This document shows, piece after piece, positions 29,252-38,365 of a DNA stretch of 62,762 nucleotides (position 1 is the first letter of the stretch; each line of letters opens with the position of its first letter). The position numbers and the translations under genes are program-made. The DNA is from Candidatus Humimicrobiaceae bacterium (GTDB lineage Bacteria; Patescibacteriota; Minisyncoccia; Minisyncoccales; DG-74-1). Where the stretch lies: NCBI GenBank assembly GCA_035530555.1, contig DATKUR010000010.1:1-62762 (forward strand), given 5' to 3'. Under the pieces are notes generated by a model. That model made no database searches. It was not told the origin of the DNA and saw nothing but the letters and a program-made list of their open reading frames with translations.

Positions 29252-29514
29252 TTATTTTAAGCTTTTCCTTGATTTTTTTCAAATATTATCTTAATATTAC
29301 AACAGGCCATATCGGAGAGGGACCGGGAGAACCTTCCGGTTGCTGAGTTGCGCAGCAATGAGGCGAGAGAAGAAACAACAGTTTCTTCGAACATCCCGTG
29401 TAGGGAAAAACCGAGCGTACTCAAAAAAATAAATTTCTTTTCGTGCTTCTTTTCACTCAGTTTTTAAAGAGCGGCGAAGTGGAACGAGCCGCGACTTAAT
29501 TTAGTGCTACCACT

Positions 29515-29589
29515 GGCCCTATCGTCTAGTCTGGCTTAGGACGTCAGGTTTTCATCCTGGTAACACCGGTTCAAATCCGGTTGGGGCCG
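29515..29589 (+). tRNA. tRNA-Glu(TTC)
   Basis: GGCCCTA/TGGGGCC, TCAGG-TTTTCAT-CCTGG. Confidence 0.92.
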
Positions 29590-29590
29590 C

Positions 29591-31108
29591 ATGGATTATC
29601 TTAACCTTTCTCGAGCTCAAGATCTCGAAAATAAAAAGGAGAGGATTCTCTATCGGTTCTTTGAAACGCTTCCCGGCCTCTTTTCGTGGGGAGCTCTGGT
29701 CGGAGTTATCATTTTATGCTGGCTGGCGCCTGTTGTGGTAGCTTTGTTTGTTATTATTTTCGCCCTCTACTGGTTATTGAAAGTCACTTATTTATCTTTC
29801 CATCAAATAGCTGGCTTTCGGCAAATGAGAAAAGTCCTAAAAATAAACTGGCTGGAGAAATTGAATAATTTACCCGATTGGAAAGGTATTTATCATCTGA
29901 TAATTCTGCCAACGTGTAAAGAGGGTTTTGAAATAGTAAGAACTACTTTTCAGGCTTTGGCTGATTCGAAATATCCAAGGAATAATTTAATTGTTGTTTT
30001 AGCTATCGAAGAGAGGGCAGGGGAGGAAGCCCAAAAAATAGCCCAAGAGACTAAAAAAGAGTTCTCTCAAATTTTCCCTCATTTTTTAATCACAATTCAT
30101 CCTCAAGATGTTTTGGGCGAGATAGCCGGCAAAGGTTCTAACGTTGCTTGGGCAATAAAGGAAACAAAAGAAAAAATTTTAGATAAATTTAAAATACCGC
30201 CGGAAAAGGTTATTGTTTCTAATTTTGATATTGATACCCGGCCTTACTCTCAATATTTCGCCTGCTTGACCTATCATTACTTAACCGCTGAAAATCCTTT
30301 AAGGTCTTCTTATCAGCCAATTCCGGTCTACAATAATAATATTTGGCAGGCTCCGGCTTTTTCTCGCGTCATTGCCACTTCCGGCACCTTTTGGCAGATG
30401 ATGCAGCAGGTCAGACCCGAGCAACTGGTCACTTATTCTTCTCACTCGGTTCCTTTTAAAACCCTTTCAGAAGTTGGTTATCCATTTAATCTGGTTTCTG
30501 ATGACTCCAGAGTATTTTGGAAATCTTATTTGGCTTATGACGGCGACTATCGGGTGATTCCCTTGTATTACCCGGTTTCTATGGATGCCGTGATGGCTAG
30601 AAACTTGATTAAAACAGTAGTTAACCAATACAAACAACAAAGACGTTGGGCCTGGGGAGTAGAAAATATTCCTTATTTGCTTTATGGTTTTTTAAAAAAT
30701 AAAAAAATTCCTCTTTTTGAGAAATTTCGCCAAGTTTTTATTCTTTTTGAAGGATTCTGGTCTTGGGCGACAGCCGCTCTTTTAGTTTTTTTTCTAGGTT
30801 GGCTACCCTTAGTTTTAGGTGGAGAAGCTTTTAGTGTTACTCTCTTGGCTTATAATCTGCCGAGGCTGGTTGCTACTTTAATGACCTTATCTATGGTTGG
30901 CATGCTGGCCTCTGCGGCAATTTCTTTTTTACTCCTGCCTCCGCGGCCCCAAAATTATTCTAAATTAAAAAGTCTTTCAATGATCCTTCAGTGGTTGTTG
31001 CTACCAGCCACTTTAATTTTTTTCGGTGCCTTCCCGGCTTTAGAAGCTCAAGCCAGATTAATATTAGGAAAACCTTTAGGATTTTGGGTGACAGAGAAGG
31101 TGAGGTAA
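29591..31108 (+). CDS. Membrane glycosyltransferase family 2 (processive type)
   Basis: GKGSN, DID, SDD, QQRRWAWG motifs with flanking TMs. Confidence 0.88.
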   Translation: MDYLNLSRAQDLENKKERILYRFFETLPGLFSWGALVGVIILCWLAPVVVALFVIIFALYWLLKVTYLSFHQIAGFRQMRKVLKINWLEKLNNLPDWKGIYHLIILPTCKEGFEIVRTTFQALADSKYPRNNLIVVLAIEERAGEEAQKIAQETKKEFSQIFPHFLITIHPQDVLGEIAGKGSNVAWAIKETKEKILDKFKIPPEKVIVSNFDIDTRPYSQYFACLTYHYLTAENPLRSSYQPIPVYNNNIWQAPAFSRVIATSGTFWQMMQQVRPEQLVTYSSHSVPFKTLSEVGYPFNLVSDDSRVFWKSYLAYDGDYRVIPLYYPVSMDAVMARNLIKTVVNQYKQQRRWAWGVENIPYLLYGFLKNKKIPLFEKFRQVFILFEGFWSWATAALLVFFLGWLPLVLGGEAFSVTLLAYNLPRLVATLMTLSMVGMLASAAISFLLLPPRPQNYSKLKSLSMILQWLLLPATLIFFGAFPALEAQARLILGKPLGFWVTEKVR

Positions 31109-31121
31109 AGAGAGAAAATAA

Positions 31122-33254
31122 TTATTCAAGATGTATGTTCTCTCTAAATTCCTTTAGTTTTTCTCTTAAGAGAGGATATTTTTTAAGCTGGGAATCTTTT
31201 TCTAAAACTTCCTTTGCTTCTTTACGAGTTTCTTCCACCAAGGAGATGTCTTTTAAGGCATCCATGGCAATATTTGGTATGCCCCATTGTCGTTGACCGA
31301 TAAAGTCGCCCGGCCCCCTGATTTCTAAGTCTTTTTCTGCTAACTCAAACCCGTTTTCGCATTTAATCAAGGCCCTCAATCTTTGATTCGTTTTTTGAGA
31401 AGGAAAGTCGGTCATAAGAAAGCAGAAAGATTGCTTTTTGCCCCGGCCGACTCTTCCTCTAAATTGATGAAGCTGGGCTAGGCCAAACTTATTGGCTCCT
31501 TCAATCAGCATGACCGTGGCGTTAGCTATGTCAATTCCAACCTCAATCACCGAAGTTGAAACCAGAATATCTATTTTACCTTCTTTAAATTTCTTCATTG
31601 TTTTTTCTTTTTCTTCGTTTTTCATTCTTCCATGAAGAAGAGCCACCTTGAATTCGGGGAATATCTTTTTGGCAAGTTTTTCGTGTTCTTCCTTTACCGC
31701 TTTTACTTCGGCCCACCCCCTATTACTTTTTTCTAAATTAATTTGATTAAAATCATTCTCTTGAAAAGTGGCGGGGGGTTCTATCCTTGGGCAAATAACA
31801 AAAACCTGCCTGCCTTCTTTTATTTGTTCCCTGACAAAATCGTAAGCCTTATTTCTTTTTTCCGGAGAGATAATTTCCGTAATTACTTTTTTTCTTCCTT
31901 TGGGTAATTCTTTGATTAGAGAGAGATCAAGGTCGCCGTAAATTGTCAGAGAAAGAGTCCGGGGAATAGGAGTGGCCGTCATTGAAAGGAAATGGGGGAT
32001 TAGCTCTTTTTGCTGGCAGAGACCCGCTCTTTGTTCTACTCCGAAACGGTGTTGTTCGTCTACAATAACCAAAGCCAGCTTTCCGAACTTAACTTCTTTT
32101 TGGACCAGAGCGTGGGTTCCTATTAAAATATCAACCTCTCCAGTCTTTGCCTTTTCCAGCAGTTCCTTTCTTTTTATCTTTTTATTTTTAAACTTGTTTT
32201 CTTTGCCGGTGATTAGACCGATGCTTATTTTATATTTTTTCAAGAGCGAATTGAACGTTTGGTAGTGCTGCTGGGTTAAAATTTCAGTCGGGGCAAGAAG
32301 AGCCGTTTGATAGCCTGCCTTGGCCGTGTTTAGGGCAGCCATAGCGGCCACCACAGTTTTTCCCGATCCGACATCTCCTTGCAAGAGTCGGTTCATAGGG
32401 AAGGACCTCTCCAAATCATTTAATATTTGCCAGGAAGCTTTCTTTTGGTCGTCTGTCAACTGAAAGGGTAAATTTTTCACAAGCTGCTTGATAAGGCTAA
32501 GACTTAAGGGTACATTTGCTGATTTCTCTTTTGCCAATTTTACTCTTTCTCTCAAAACGAAAAGAGAAAGAGAGAATAATTCCTCAAAGACAAATCTTTT
32601 TTTGCTTTCCTGGGCTAATTTCAAAGAATCGGGAAAATGAATTTGCCAGATAGCTTCGTTGAAAGCAAGAAAATTATATTTTTTTATCAGATAGTCGGGC
32701 AGGGGGTCGTGAATTTCATCTTTTAACTGACCCAGTAGCGGTTTTATTATAAACCTTAGCCATCTTGAAGAAAGCCCTTCGGTTTCGGGATAGACCGGGA
32801 CCAGTCTGCCTGTATGGATTAAATCGGAATTCTTGAATCGGAGCTCGTCCGAGACTTTCTCGTAAGCGGGCGAAGAGAGATATCTTCCGTTTTTTGACTG
32901 GTTCATTTTTCCCGCCAAAAAAAGAAAATCACCCTTTTTAAAATTATTTATTAAATAGGGCTGGTTAAACCAGATTACTTGTAATTTTCCGCTGTCGTCG
33001 TCAACCAAGGCCTGAGTTAAAACCATTCTTTTTCTGAAGGTTCTGATATTTTTAATATCTAAGATCTTTCCCTGAACTGAAACGGTTTCCCCCTTTTTAA
33101 CTTCGGCTATCGGTATTACATTTGAAAAATCCTCATACCGGTGAGGAAAATGAAAAAGAAGTTGCCCGACGGTTTTGATGCCCAGCCTCTTTAATCTTTT
33201 TTGGTATTGAGGGCCAACCCGTGGGATTTTTTCAAGAGACGCGGATAAATCCAT
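31122..33254 (-). CDS. recG: ATP-dependent DNA helicase RecG
   Basis: GDVGSGKT, DEQHRFG, MTATPIPR, QLHQFRGRVGR, DLEIRGPG. Confidence 0.96.
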   Translation of the reverse strand: MDLSASLEKIPRVGPQYQKRLKRLGIKTVGQLLFHFPHRYEDFSNVIPIAEVKKGETVSVQGKILDIKNIRTFRKRMVLTQALVDDDSGKLQVIWFNQPYLINNFKKGDFLFLAGKMNQSKNGRYLSSPAYEKVSDELRFKNSDLIHTGRLVPVYPETEGLSSRWLRFIIKPLLGQLKDEIHDPLPDYLIKKYNFLAFNEAIWQIHFPDSLKLAQESKKRFVFEELFSLSLFVLRERVKLAKEKSANVPLSLSLIKQLVKNLPFQLTDDQKKASWQILNDLERSFPMNRLLQGDVGSGKTVVAAMAALNTAKAGYQTALLAPTEILTQQHYQTFNSLLKKYKISIGLITGKENKFKNKKIKRKELLEKAKTGEVDILIGTHALVQKEVKFGKLALVIVDEQHRFGVEQRAGLCQQKELIPHFLSMTATPIPRTLSLTIYGDLDLSLIKELPKGRKKVITEIISPEKRNKAYDFVREQIKEGRQVFVICPRIEPPATFQENDFNQINLEKSNRGWAEVKAVKEEHEKLAKKIFPEFKVALLHGRMKNEEKEKTMKKFKEGKIDILVSTSVIEVGIDIANATVMLIEGANKFGLAQLHQFRGRVGRGKKQSFCFLMTDFPSQKTNQRLRALIKCENGFELAEKDLEIRGPGDFIGQRQWGIPNIAMDALKDISLVEETRKEAKEVLEKDSQLKKYPLLREKLKEFRENIHLE

Positions 33255-33264
33255 AATTTGTCGG

Positions 33265-33337
33265 TGCGCCCGAGAGGAGTCGAACCTCTAATCTCCAGGT
33301 CCGCAACCTGGCGTTCTATCCATTGAACTACGGGCGC
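33265..33337 (-). tRNA. tRNA-Arg(GCG)
   Basis: Reverse strand GCGCCCG/CGGGCGC, CCAGG-TTGCGGA-CCTGG. Confidence 0.91.
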
Positions 33338-33421
33338 GTACTACGCTTTTTTAAATCTATCATAAAATTTTTCATAAATCAATTGACTTGATTTCTTTTT
33401 ATAAGTAAAATAAAAATACTT

Positions 33422-33515
33422 GGAGGAGTGCTCCGAATTGGTAAGGAAGCGGTTTGCTAAACCGTAGAGCGCCTAAAAAGCGTTCTTGTGGGTTCGAGTC
33501 CCACCTCCTCCGCCA
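33422..33515 (+). tRNA. tRNA-Ser(GCT)
   Basis: GGAGGAG/CTCCTCC, GCGGT-TTGCTAA-ACCGT, long variable arm, GCCA. Confidence 0.93.
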
Positions 33516-33649
33516 AGACAATTTTTTATCGGCATGACCCGAGTAATCGAGAGCGGTCAGCGACCCGAGTGCTTATTCAAAGAATCGTCAATCAAGCGAT
33601 TTTTTGATAGAGTAAGGGAAAAATCTTAAGATAAATTATTATAAAAATT

Positions 33650-33790
33650 ATGAAACTAAAATTAAATTGGTATTGGGGTTTTCTGGGACTTCTGGGTTTT
33701 TTGGGATTAACCGACCCGCCATATTATGCATTCTTTGCATTTCTATTATTTTTTCTTGAGCCGATTATAAAATCTAAAAAGGAAAAATAG
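33650..33790 (+). CDS. Small membrane protein (46 aa, below the ORF-track cutoff)
   Basis: MKLKLNWYWGFLGLLGFLGLTDPPYYAFFAFLLFFLEPIIKSKKEK*; stop 10 nt before the next gene. Confidence 0.6.
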   Translation: MKLKLNWYWGFLGLLGFLGLTDPPYYAFFAFLLFFLEPIIKSKKEK

Positions 33791-33800
33791 TTAAATCAAC

Positions 33801-34481
33801 ATGGATAAAGATATTGTATTAAAAGTTGAAAATCTGAATGTGGCTTTTGGTGAAGAGAAAGTTATTGAAGACTTAAGTTTCGATTTGAAGGAAAAAGAGC
33901 TTTTAGTGATTTTGGGGCCGAACGGAGCCGGAAAAAGCACTCTTTTGAAAACTCTATTAGGATTAATACCTTATGAGGGAAAAATACAGTGGAAAAATAG
34001 CGTCCATATTGGGTATGTGCCTAATGAATTTATAATCCCTGATAATCTTCCCCTGAATCTCAGGGAATTTTTCCAGTTTAAAAAAGATTCTCCTGAAAAA
34101 ATTTATAAAGCTCTTGAATGGGTTGGAATAAAATCTTCGGATAAAATTCTAGAGAAGAAATTGTATGCCCTTTCTTCCGGCCAGTTGAGAAGAACATTAA
34201 TTGCCTGGGCAATGTCTGATGACCCAGACATCATATTTTTAGATGAGCCGATGCTGTTTATTGATATCCATGGCAGAGAAACGATATATGATTCTTTGAC
34301 CAGGCTTTGGGAGGAAAAAAATCAGAGCATTATTCTGGTCAGTCACGAGGTAGGAGAGGTCTGCAAGAAAGCAGACAAAGTTCTGGCCTTGAATAAAATA
34401 AAGCTGTTTTATGGGCCGCCGAAAGAAATCATCACTCCTCAAAATTTAGCTAAAATTTATGGATCTCCAATTTCTCTATAG
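33801..34481 (+). CDS. Metal (Zn/Mn) ABC transporter ATPase, ZnuC-like
   Basis: GPNGAGKST, LSSGQ (variant signature), LDEP, VSH. Confidence 0.88.
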   Translation: MDKDIVLKVENLNVAFGEEKVIEDLSFDLKEKELLVILGPNGAGKSTLLKTLLGLIPYEGKIQWKNSVHIGYVPNEFIIPDNLPLNLREFFQFKKDSPEKIYKALEWVGIKSSDKILEKKLYALSSGQLRRTLIAWAMSDDPDIIFLDEPMLFIDIHGRETIYDSLTRLWEEKNQSIILVSHEVGEVCKKADKVLALNKIKLFYGPPKEIITPQNLAKIYGSPISL

Positions 34482-35226
34482 TTTAATAGTCGGTATTTTC
34501 ATCGGCGGGGTAGCGGGTTACCTCGGTTCTTTAATGATTACCAAAAGAATGGCTTTGGTCGGCGATGCATTGGGTCATGCAGCCTTGCCTGGGATAGCAC
34601 TAGCCCTGATTTACGGATTTAATCCTTCATGGGGAGCTATCCCTGCTTTATTTTTAGGAATTTTGGTTATTTGGTTTTTTGAAATGCACACTAAACTGCC
34701 CATGGAAGCGTTAACCGGTATCGTTTTTACGGCCAGTGTTGCCATTGCTTTTTTATTCTTACCGGAAAGCCAAGTTTCCAATGCTTTGATCGGCGATATT
34801 TCCAAAATAAGTCTTTCTGACACAATTTTTTCGGTAATTTTATCTATAATTGTTTTTCTGATTCTAAAAAAAATCTTCTCTAAGATGATTTTGACAAGCA
34901 TCTCAGAGGATGTGGCCAGAGTTGAACATATTGATACAAAAAAGTATAACTTTATTTATTTGGTTTGCATCGCTATCGTTGTGGCTTTGGGCATAAAAGT
35001 GACCGGTTCCCTATTGATGGGAGCTTTGGTAATTACTCCTGCAGCTGCCGCTAGGAACATGGCTTCCAATTTGTTTCAATATTCTTTCGGAGCTTTAATA
35101 ATTGGCGTTATTTCTTGTGTTTTGGGCATTTTGCTATTTAAAGTGTTTTCGTTGCCAGCTGGCCCCTTCGTTATTTTATCAGCTACATCGATATTTCTAA
35201 TTTCATTAATTTTTAAAAAACAATAG
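34459..35226 (+). CDS. Metal ABC transporter permease, ZnuB-like
   Basis: MALVGDALGHAALPGIA, PAAAAR; multiple TMs. Confidence 0.9.
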   Translation: MDLQFLYSLIVGIFIGGVAGYLGSLMITKRMALVGDALGHAALPGIALALIYGFNPSWGAIPALFLGILVIWFFEMHTKLPMEALTGIVFTASVAIAFLFLPESQVSNALIGDISKISLSDTIFSVILSIIVFLILKKIFSKMILTSISEDVARVEHIDTKKYNFIYLVCIAIVVALGIKVTGSLLMGALVITPAAAARNMASNLFQYSFGALIIGVISCVLGILLFKVFSLPAGPFVILSATSIFLISLIFKKQ

Positions 35227-35285
35227 AAGAAAGGTGTAATTAAAAATGGTCGTCAAGTTAAAATAAAAATTAAATTATTAAAATT

Positions 35286-35684
35286 ATGAAAGGATATACG
35301 ACAAACATTGAAAAAGATACCCTAGGAAACAATAACTTTCGTAAAGTATTATATACGGGAAAGCATAGCCAGTTGGTGTTGATGTCGCTTGCGCCAAAAG
35401 AAGAAATTGGCATGGAGGTTCACGAGGAAAATGACCAATTTTTCCGTTTTGAAAGAGGACAAGGGAAATGCATTATTGACGGCAACGAATATGATCTTGG
35501 TGATGGGGTAGCGGTTGTTGTGCCGGCCGGCGCTCAGCATAATATTATTAATACCTCTGATACGGAAGAGCTAAAATTATATACCATTTATTCGCCGGCT
35601 CATCATAAAGACGGCATCGTCCGTGTCACTAAAGAAGAAGCTGAGAGAAATGAAGCAGAATTCGACGGAAAAGCCACTGAGTAA
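35286..35684 (+). CDS. Cupin-domain protein
   Basis: FRKVLYT, EIGMEVH..DQFF, VPAG..HN, LYTIYSP..H. Confidence 0.9.
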   Translation: MKGYTTNIEKDTLGNNNFRKVLYTGKHSQLVLMSLAPKEEIGMEVHEENDQFFRFERGQGKCIIDGNEYDLGDGVAVVVPAGAQHNIINTSDTEELKLYTIYSPAHHKDGIVRVTKEEAERNEAEFDGKATE

Positions 35685-35694
35685 ATAAAATTCA

Positions 35695-35728
35695 AAAAAT
35701 CGCCTGCGCTTTAGCGCGGGCGGTTTTT
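35695..35728 (+). terminator. Intrinsic terminator
   Basis: ATCGCCTGCGC-TTTA-GCGCGGGCGGT hairpin followed by Ts. Confidence 0.75.
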
Positions 35729-35729
35729 A

Positions 35730-35780
35730 GTTATGAATATAAAAACTTGACACGGTATTGTTATGAATATATAATCATAA
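35730..35780 (+). promoter_or_regulatory. Consensus sigma70 promoter with overlapping palindromic operator
   Basis: TTGACA (35747) - 17 nt - TATAAT (35770); TTATGA-N8-TCATAA at 35761-35780. Confidence 0.75.
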
Positions 35781-35841
35781 TAGAGGGGCATTTATAAAGG
35801 TCCGGCCTCTCAAATAATAATAAATCTTAGATAATAAAAAT

Positions 35842-36099
35842 ATGCCAAGATATAACGGAACAGGCCCCATGGGCCAAGGTGCGGGCACCGGCTGGGGTTT
35901 AGGCCCTTGCGGAGCCGGAATGGGCTGGAGAAGAGGTGGCGGGCGCGGCAGGGGTTTCGGCTGGAGAAGGTTCTGGGGTTATTATCCCGGTCCTACTCCG
36001 ACTAAGAAAGAAGAAGTTGGAAATTTATCAGAGGAAGCTGCAATTTTAGAAGAAGAACTAAAAGCCATTAAAGCCCGTTTAACCGAACTTAAGGGGTAA
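35842..36099 (+). CDS. DUF5320-like Gly/Arg-rich protein
   Basis: MPxxxGTGPMGQG...GLGPC, GRGRGFG, C-terminal coiled coil. Confidence 0.85.
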   Translation: MPRYNGTGPMGQGAGTGWGLGPCGAGMGWRRGGGRGRGFGWRRFWGYYPGPTPTKKEEVGNLSEEAAILEEELKAIKARLTELKG

Positions 36100-36127
36100 A
36101 AATAATCTATATATAGTAAAAAATAAT

Positions 36128-37090
36128 ATGAAGATAAATTTCAATACTATCTTTTTAATCATATTTTTAGTTTGTGTGGCGGTAATTTTAATAAGTTTTT
36201 GCTATTTAAAATTTGGGATAGAAAAATCAAAAACGAATGAGGCAACCGGAATAAAACCTGAAGGAATTATGATTCTTATTGAGTCTACTGATAAGCCAAC
36301 GGGATTGCTTGAGATGGTTAGCCAAATGAAAGAAAGAAATATTTACGGCCTCCTAATGATAACTCCCGAATTTGTTAATGCGAATTGCGAGGATGTCAAG
36401 AAAGCTTTAAGTTATGGAAATATAGAGATTGTTGCTTCTAATGTTGGCGTACCTTTTTGGGACGTTCTTTATGATGAGCAAAAAACAAGAATTATAGAAA
36501 TGCTGGACGGCATTGAGTCTTGCACGGGAGTGCGGCCAAGAATTATTTCTTCAAGATATATGGCATCTGATATGAATACGATAAAAGTCGCCGAAGAGCT
36601 AGGAATACCTTATATCACCGCAAGAGGGACAACCGGAGACAAAGCCACGGTTTATCAGCCCGAAGAATATAACGTGAAAATTTTATCCGTTTCAAATATT
36701 CCTTTGGTTACTTTTGAATATGGAAGCCTTTGCGATTACTCATTTTACGAAAGAGCTGGAACCCCCAACGACATGAAAGCAGAATTAATGCGAGCGATAG
36801 AACCTTTAACATCTAAAGAAAAAGCATGGTCTGGAGAATATTCCAGGGTAACTCCTGTATCGCATACTTATATTGGAGGATATCTAAAGCAATGGAATGA
36901 TATGTGGCTTAACTTTTGGGATACTGCCAATGTTAAATGGGTAAGTTTAGATGAGTTTATGGCAGAACCGGATTGGACGATCCCATTATGGCAAATTCCA
37001 ATAAATAAAAATAATCCTTATACGGAAGAAAAAATCAGGCCCCTAGCTCCCTACGAGGAAGAGGATAAAGTTGGTAATATCTGCGAGTAA
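36128..37090 (+). CDS. Membrane-anchored protein, possibly polysaccharide-deacetylase-like fold
   Basis: N-terminal TM; EQ...I..TGVRP, ELGIPY, WVSLDE resemble NodB-type barrels but ligands are not clear. Confidence 0.5.
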   Translation: MKINFNTIFLIIFLVCVAVILISFCYLKFGIEKSKTNEATGIKPEGIMILIESTDKPTGLLEMVSQMKERNIYGLLMITPEFVNANCEDVKKALSYGNIEIVASNVGVPFWDVLYDEQKTRIIEMLDGIESCTGVRPRIISSRYMASDMNTIKVAEELGIPYITARGTTGDKATVYQPEEYNVKILSVSNIPLVTFEYGSLCDYSFYERAGTPNDMKAELMRAIEPLTSKEKAWSGEYSRVTPVSHTYIGGYLKQWNDMWLNFWDTANVKWVSLDEFMAEPDWTIPLWQIPINKNNPYTEEKIRPLAPYEEEDKVGNICE

Positions 37091-37118
37091 GATGAATAAT
37101 CAATTTTGAAATAATGTT

Positions 37119-37460
37119 ATGAAAATAGCAGTAAGCGCAACAGACAAAGATATCGAGAGCAGTGTTTCCGATGTTTTCGGCAGGTGTCCGTATTTTATCA
37201 TCGCCGAGATAGAAGGCGAAAAGATAAAAGAAACAGAGGCGGTGAAAAACGAAAGTACTGACCAGATGAGCGGAGCGGGTATTTCTGCGGCCCAATTGAT
37301 AGCCGATAAAAACGTCAACGCCGTAATAACAGGCAATGTCGGCCCGAGAGCTTTGGATGTGTTAAGACAATTTAACATTGAGATTTATTACTGTGATGGA
37401 ATAGTTAAGACTGTTTTGCAGGCATTCATTGACGGCAAGCTTAAGAAAATTGAAAAATGA
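37119..37460 (+). CDS. NifB/NifX-family (FeMo-cofactor-binding-like) protein
   Basis: MKIAV, FGRCPYF, GAGI.AAQ, ITGNVGP.A. Confidence 0.9.
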   Translation: MKIAVSATDKDIESSVSDVFGRCPYFIIAEIEGEKIKETEAVKNESTDQMSGAGISAAQLIADKNVNAVITGNVGPRALDVLRQFNIEIYYCDGIVKTVLQAFIDGKLKKIEK

Positions 37461-37816
37461 AAATAGTAATTCCGACAAATAACAGAAAGGGTTTGTCCGA
37501 TACGATAGCCGATCATTTTGGGCGTTGTTTGACTTATACTTTTCTAAATGAAAAGGGTGATGTTGAAGAAATCATAGAGAATACCAGCGAACATATGGGT
37601 GGTAAAGGATTGCCCCCAGAGCTTATGAAAAAACATGGGGCAGATATTCTTTTATGTAAAGATCTTGGTCCAAGAGCTTTAGCTTTGTGTGGTCAGTTAG
37701 GAATCAATGTTTATGTTAATCAAGCAGAAACGGTAAAAGAGATTTTTGAAATGTGGAAAAATAATAAAATTAAAAAGGCGGGTGTGGGAGATGTCTGTGA
37801 ACAACATAAATTATAA
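37457..37816 (+). CDS. NifB/NifX-family protein, second copy
   Basis: MKIVIP, HFGRC, LGPRA, C-terminal CEQH. Confidence 0.88.
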   Translation: MKIVIPTNNRKGLSDTIADHFGRCLTYTFLNEKGDVEEIIENTSEHMGGKGLPPELMKKHGADILLCKDLGPRALALCGQLGINVYVNQAETVKEIFEMWKNNKIKKAGVGDVCEQHKL

Positions 37817-37847
37817 GTTTGATTATTAATTTTAATTTAATAAATTT

Positions 37848-38354
37848 ATGGCTTTAATTCCTTCTTTAGAAAAAAATCAAGTTGAAGAAATTTCCAAAGA
37901 GGTTTATGAAAAATTTGAAAAAGAAACTGGCAAGGTGCCCGAGTGGGTTAAGGTAATGGCTCATAGCCCTAAGGTTTTAAAGGAATTTACTGAGCTTTTT
38001 AAGGCAATCATGGGCGAAAATAAAATAGAACCCTTGCTAAAATGGAAGATAGCCTTAGTGATTTCTGAAACCCTGAAATGTTCCTTCTGCGTTAGTGTCA
38101 CGCAAAAAATGTTGAAGCTCTTAGGAGCGAATGAAGAGATGATAGAAAAAATAAAAAATCTATCTACGGAAGACAAAGAAATTTTAGAATTAGTGAAGGA
38201 TATAACCTTGGATGGCCATCTTGATCAGCCAGAATTGTTTGAAAAACTGAAGGGAAAATTTAACGAGGCTCAAATTGTGGAGATAATTTCAGTAATGGGT
38301 CTTTTTAATTATATTAATAGATTTAATAATACTTTAGGCGTTTTGCCTGAATAA
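37848..38354 (+). CDS. AhpD/carboxymuconolactone decarboxylase family protein
   Basis: MAHSP, CSFC, QIVEI, NYINRFN. Confidence 0.85.
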   Translation: MALIPSLEKNQVEEISKEVYEKFEKETGKVPEWVKVMAHSPKVLKEFTELFKAIMGENKIEPLLKWKIALVISETLKCSFCVSVTQKMLKLLGANEEMIEKIKNLSTEDKEILELVKDITLDGHLDQPELFEKLKGKFNEAQIVEIISVMGLFNYINRFNNTLGVLPE

Positions 38355-38365
38355 AATAATTTAAT

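Noticed and set aside
33520..33610. Metal-sensing riboswitch upstream of the ABC transporter
   Set aside because: Only a GACCCGAGT direct repeat and a terminator-like hairpin; no yybP-ykoY or NiCo consensus recognisable
37119..37816. Nitrogen fixation genes
   Set aside because: NifB/NifX-like domains occur widely outside nif clusters; no nifHDK in the window
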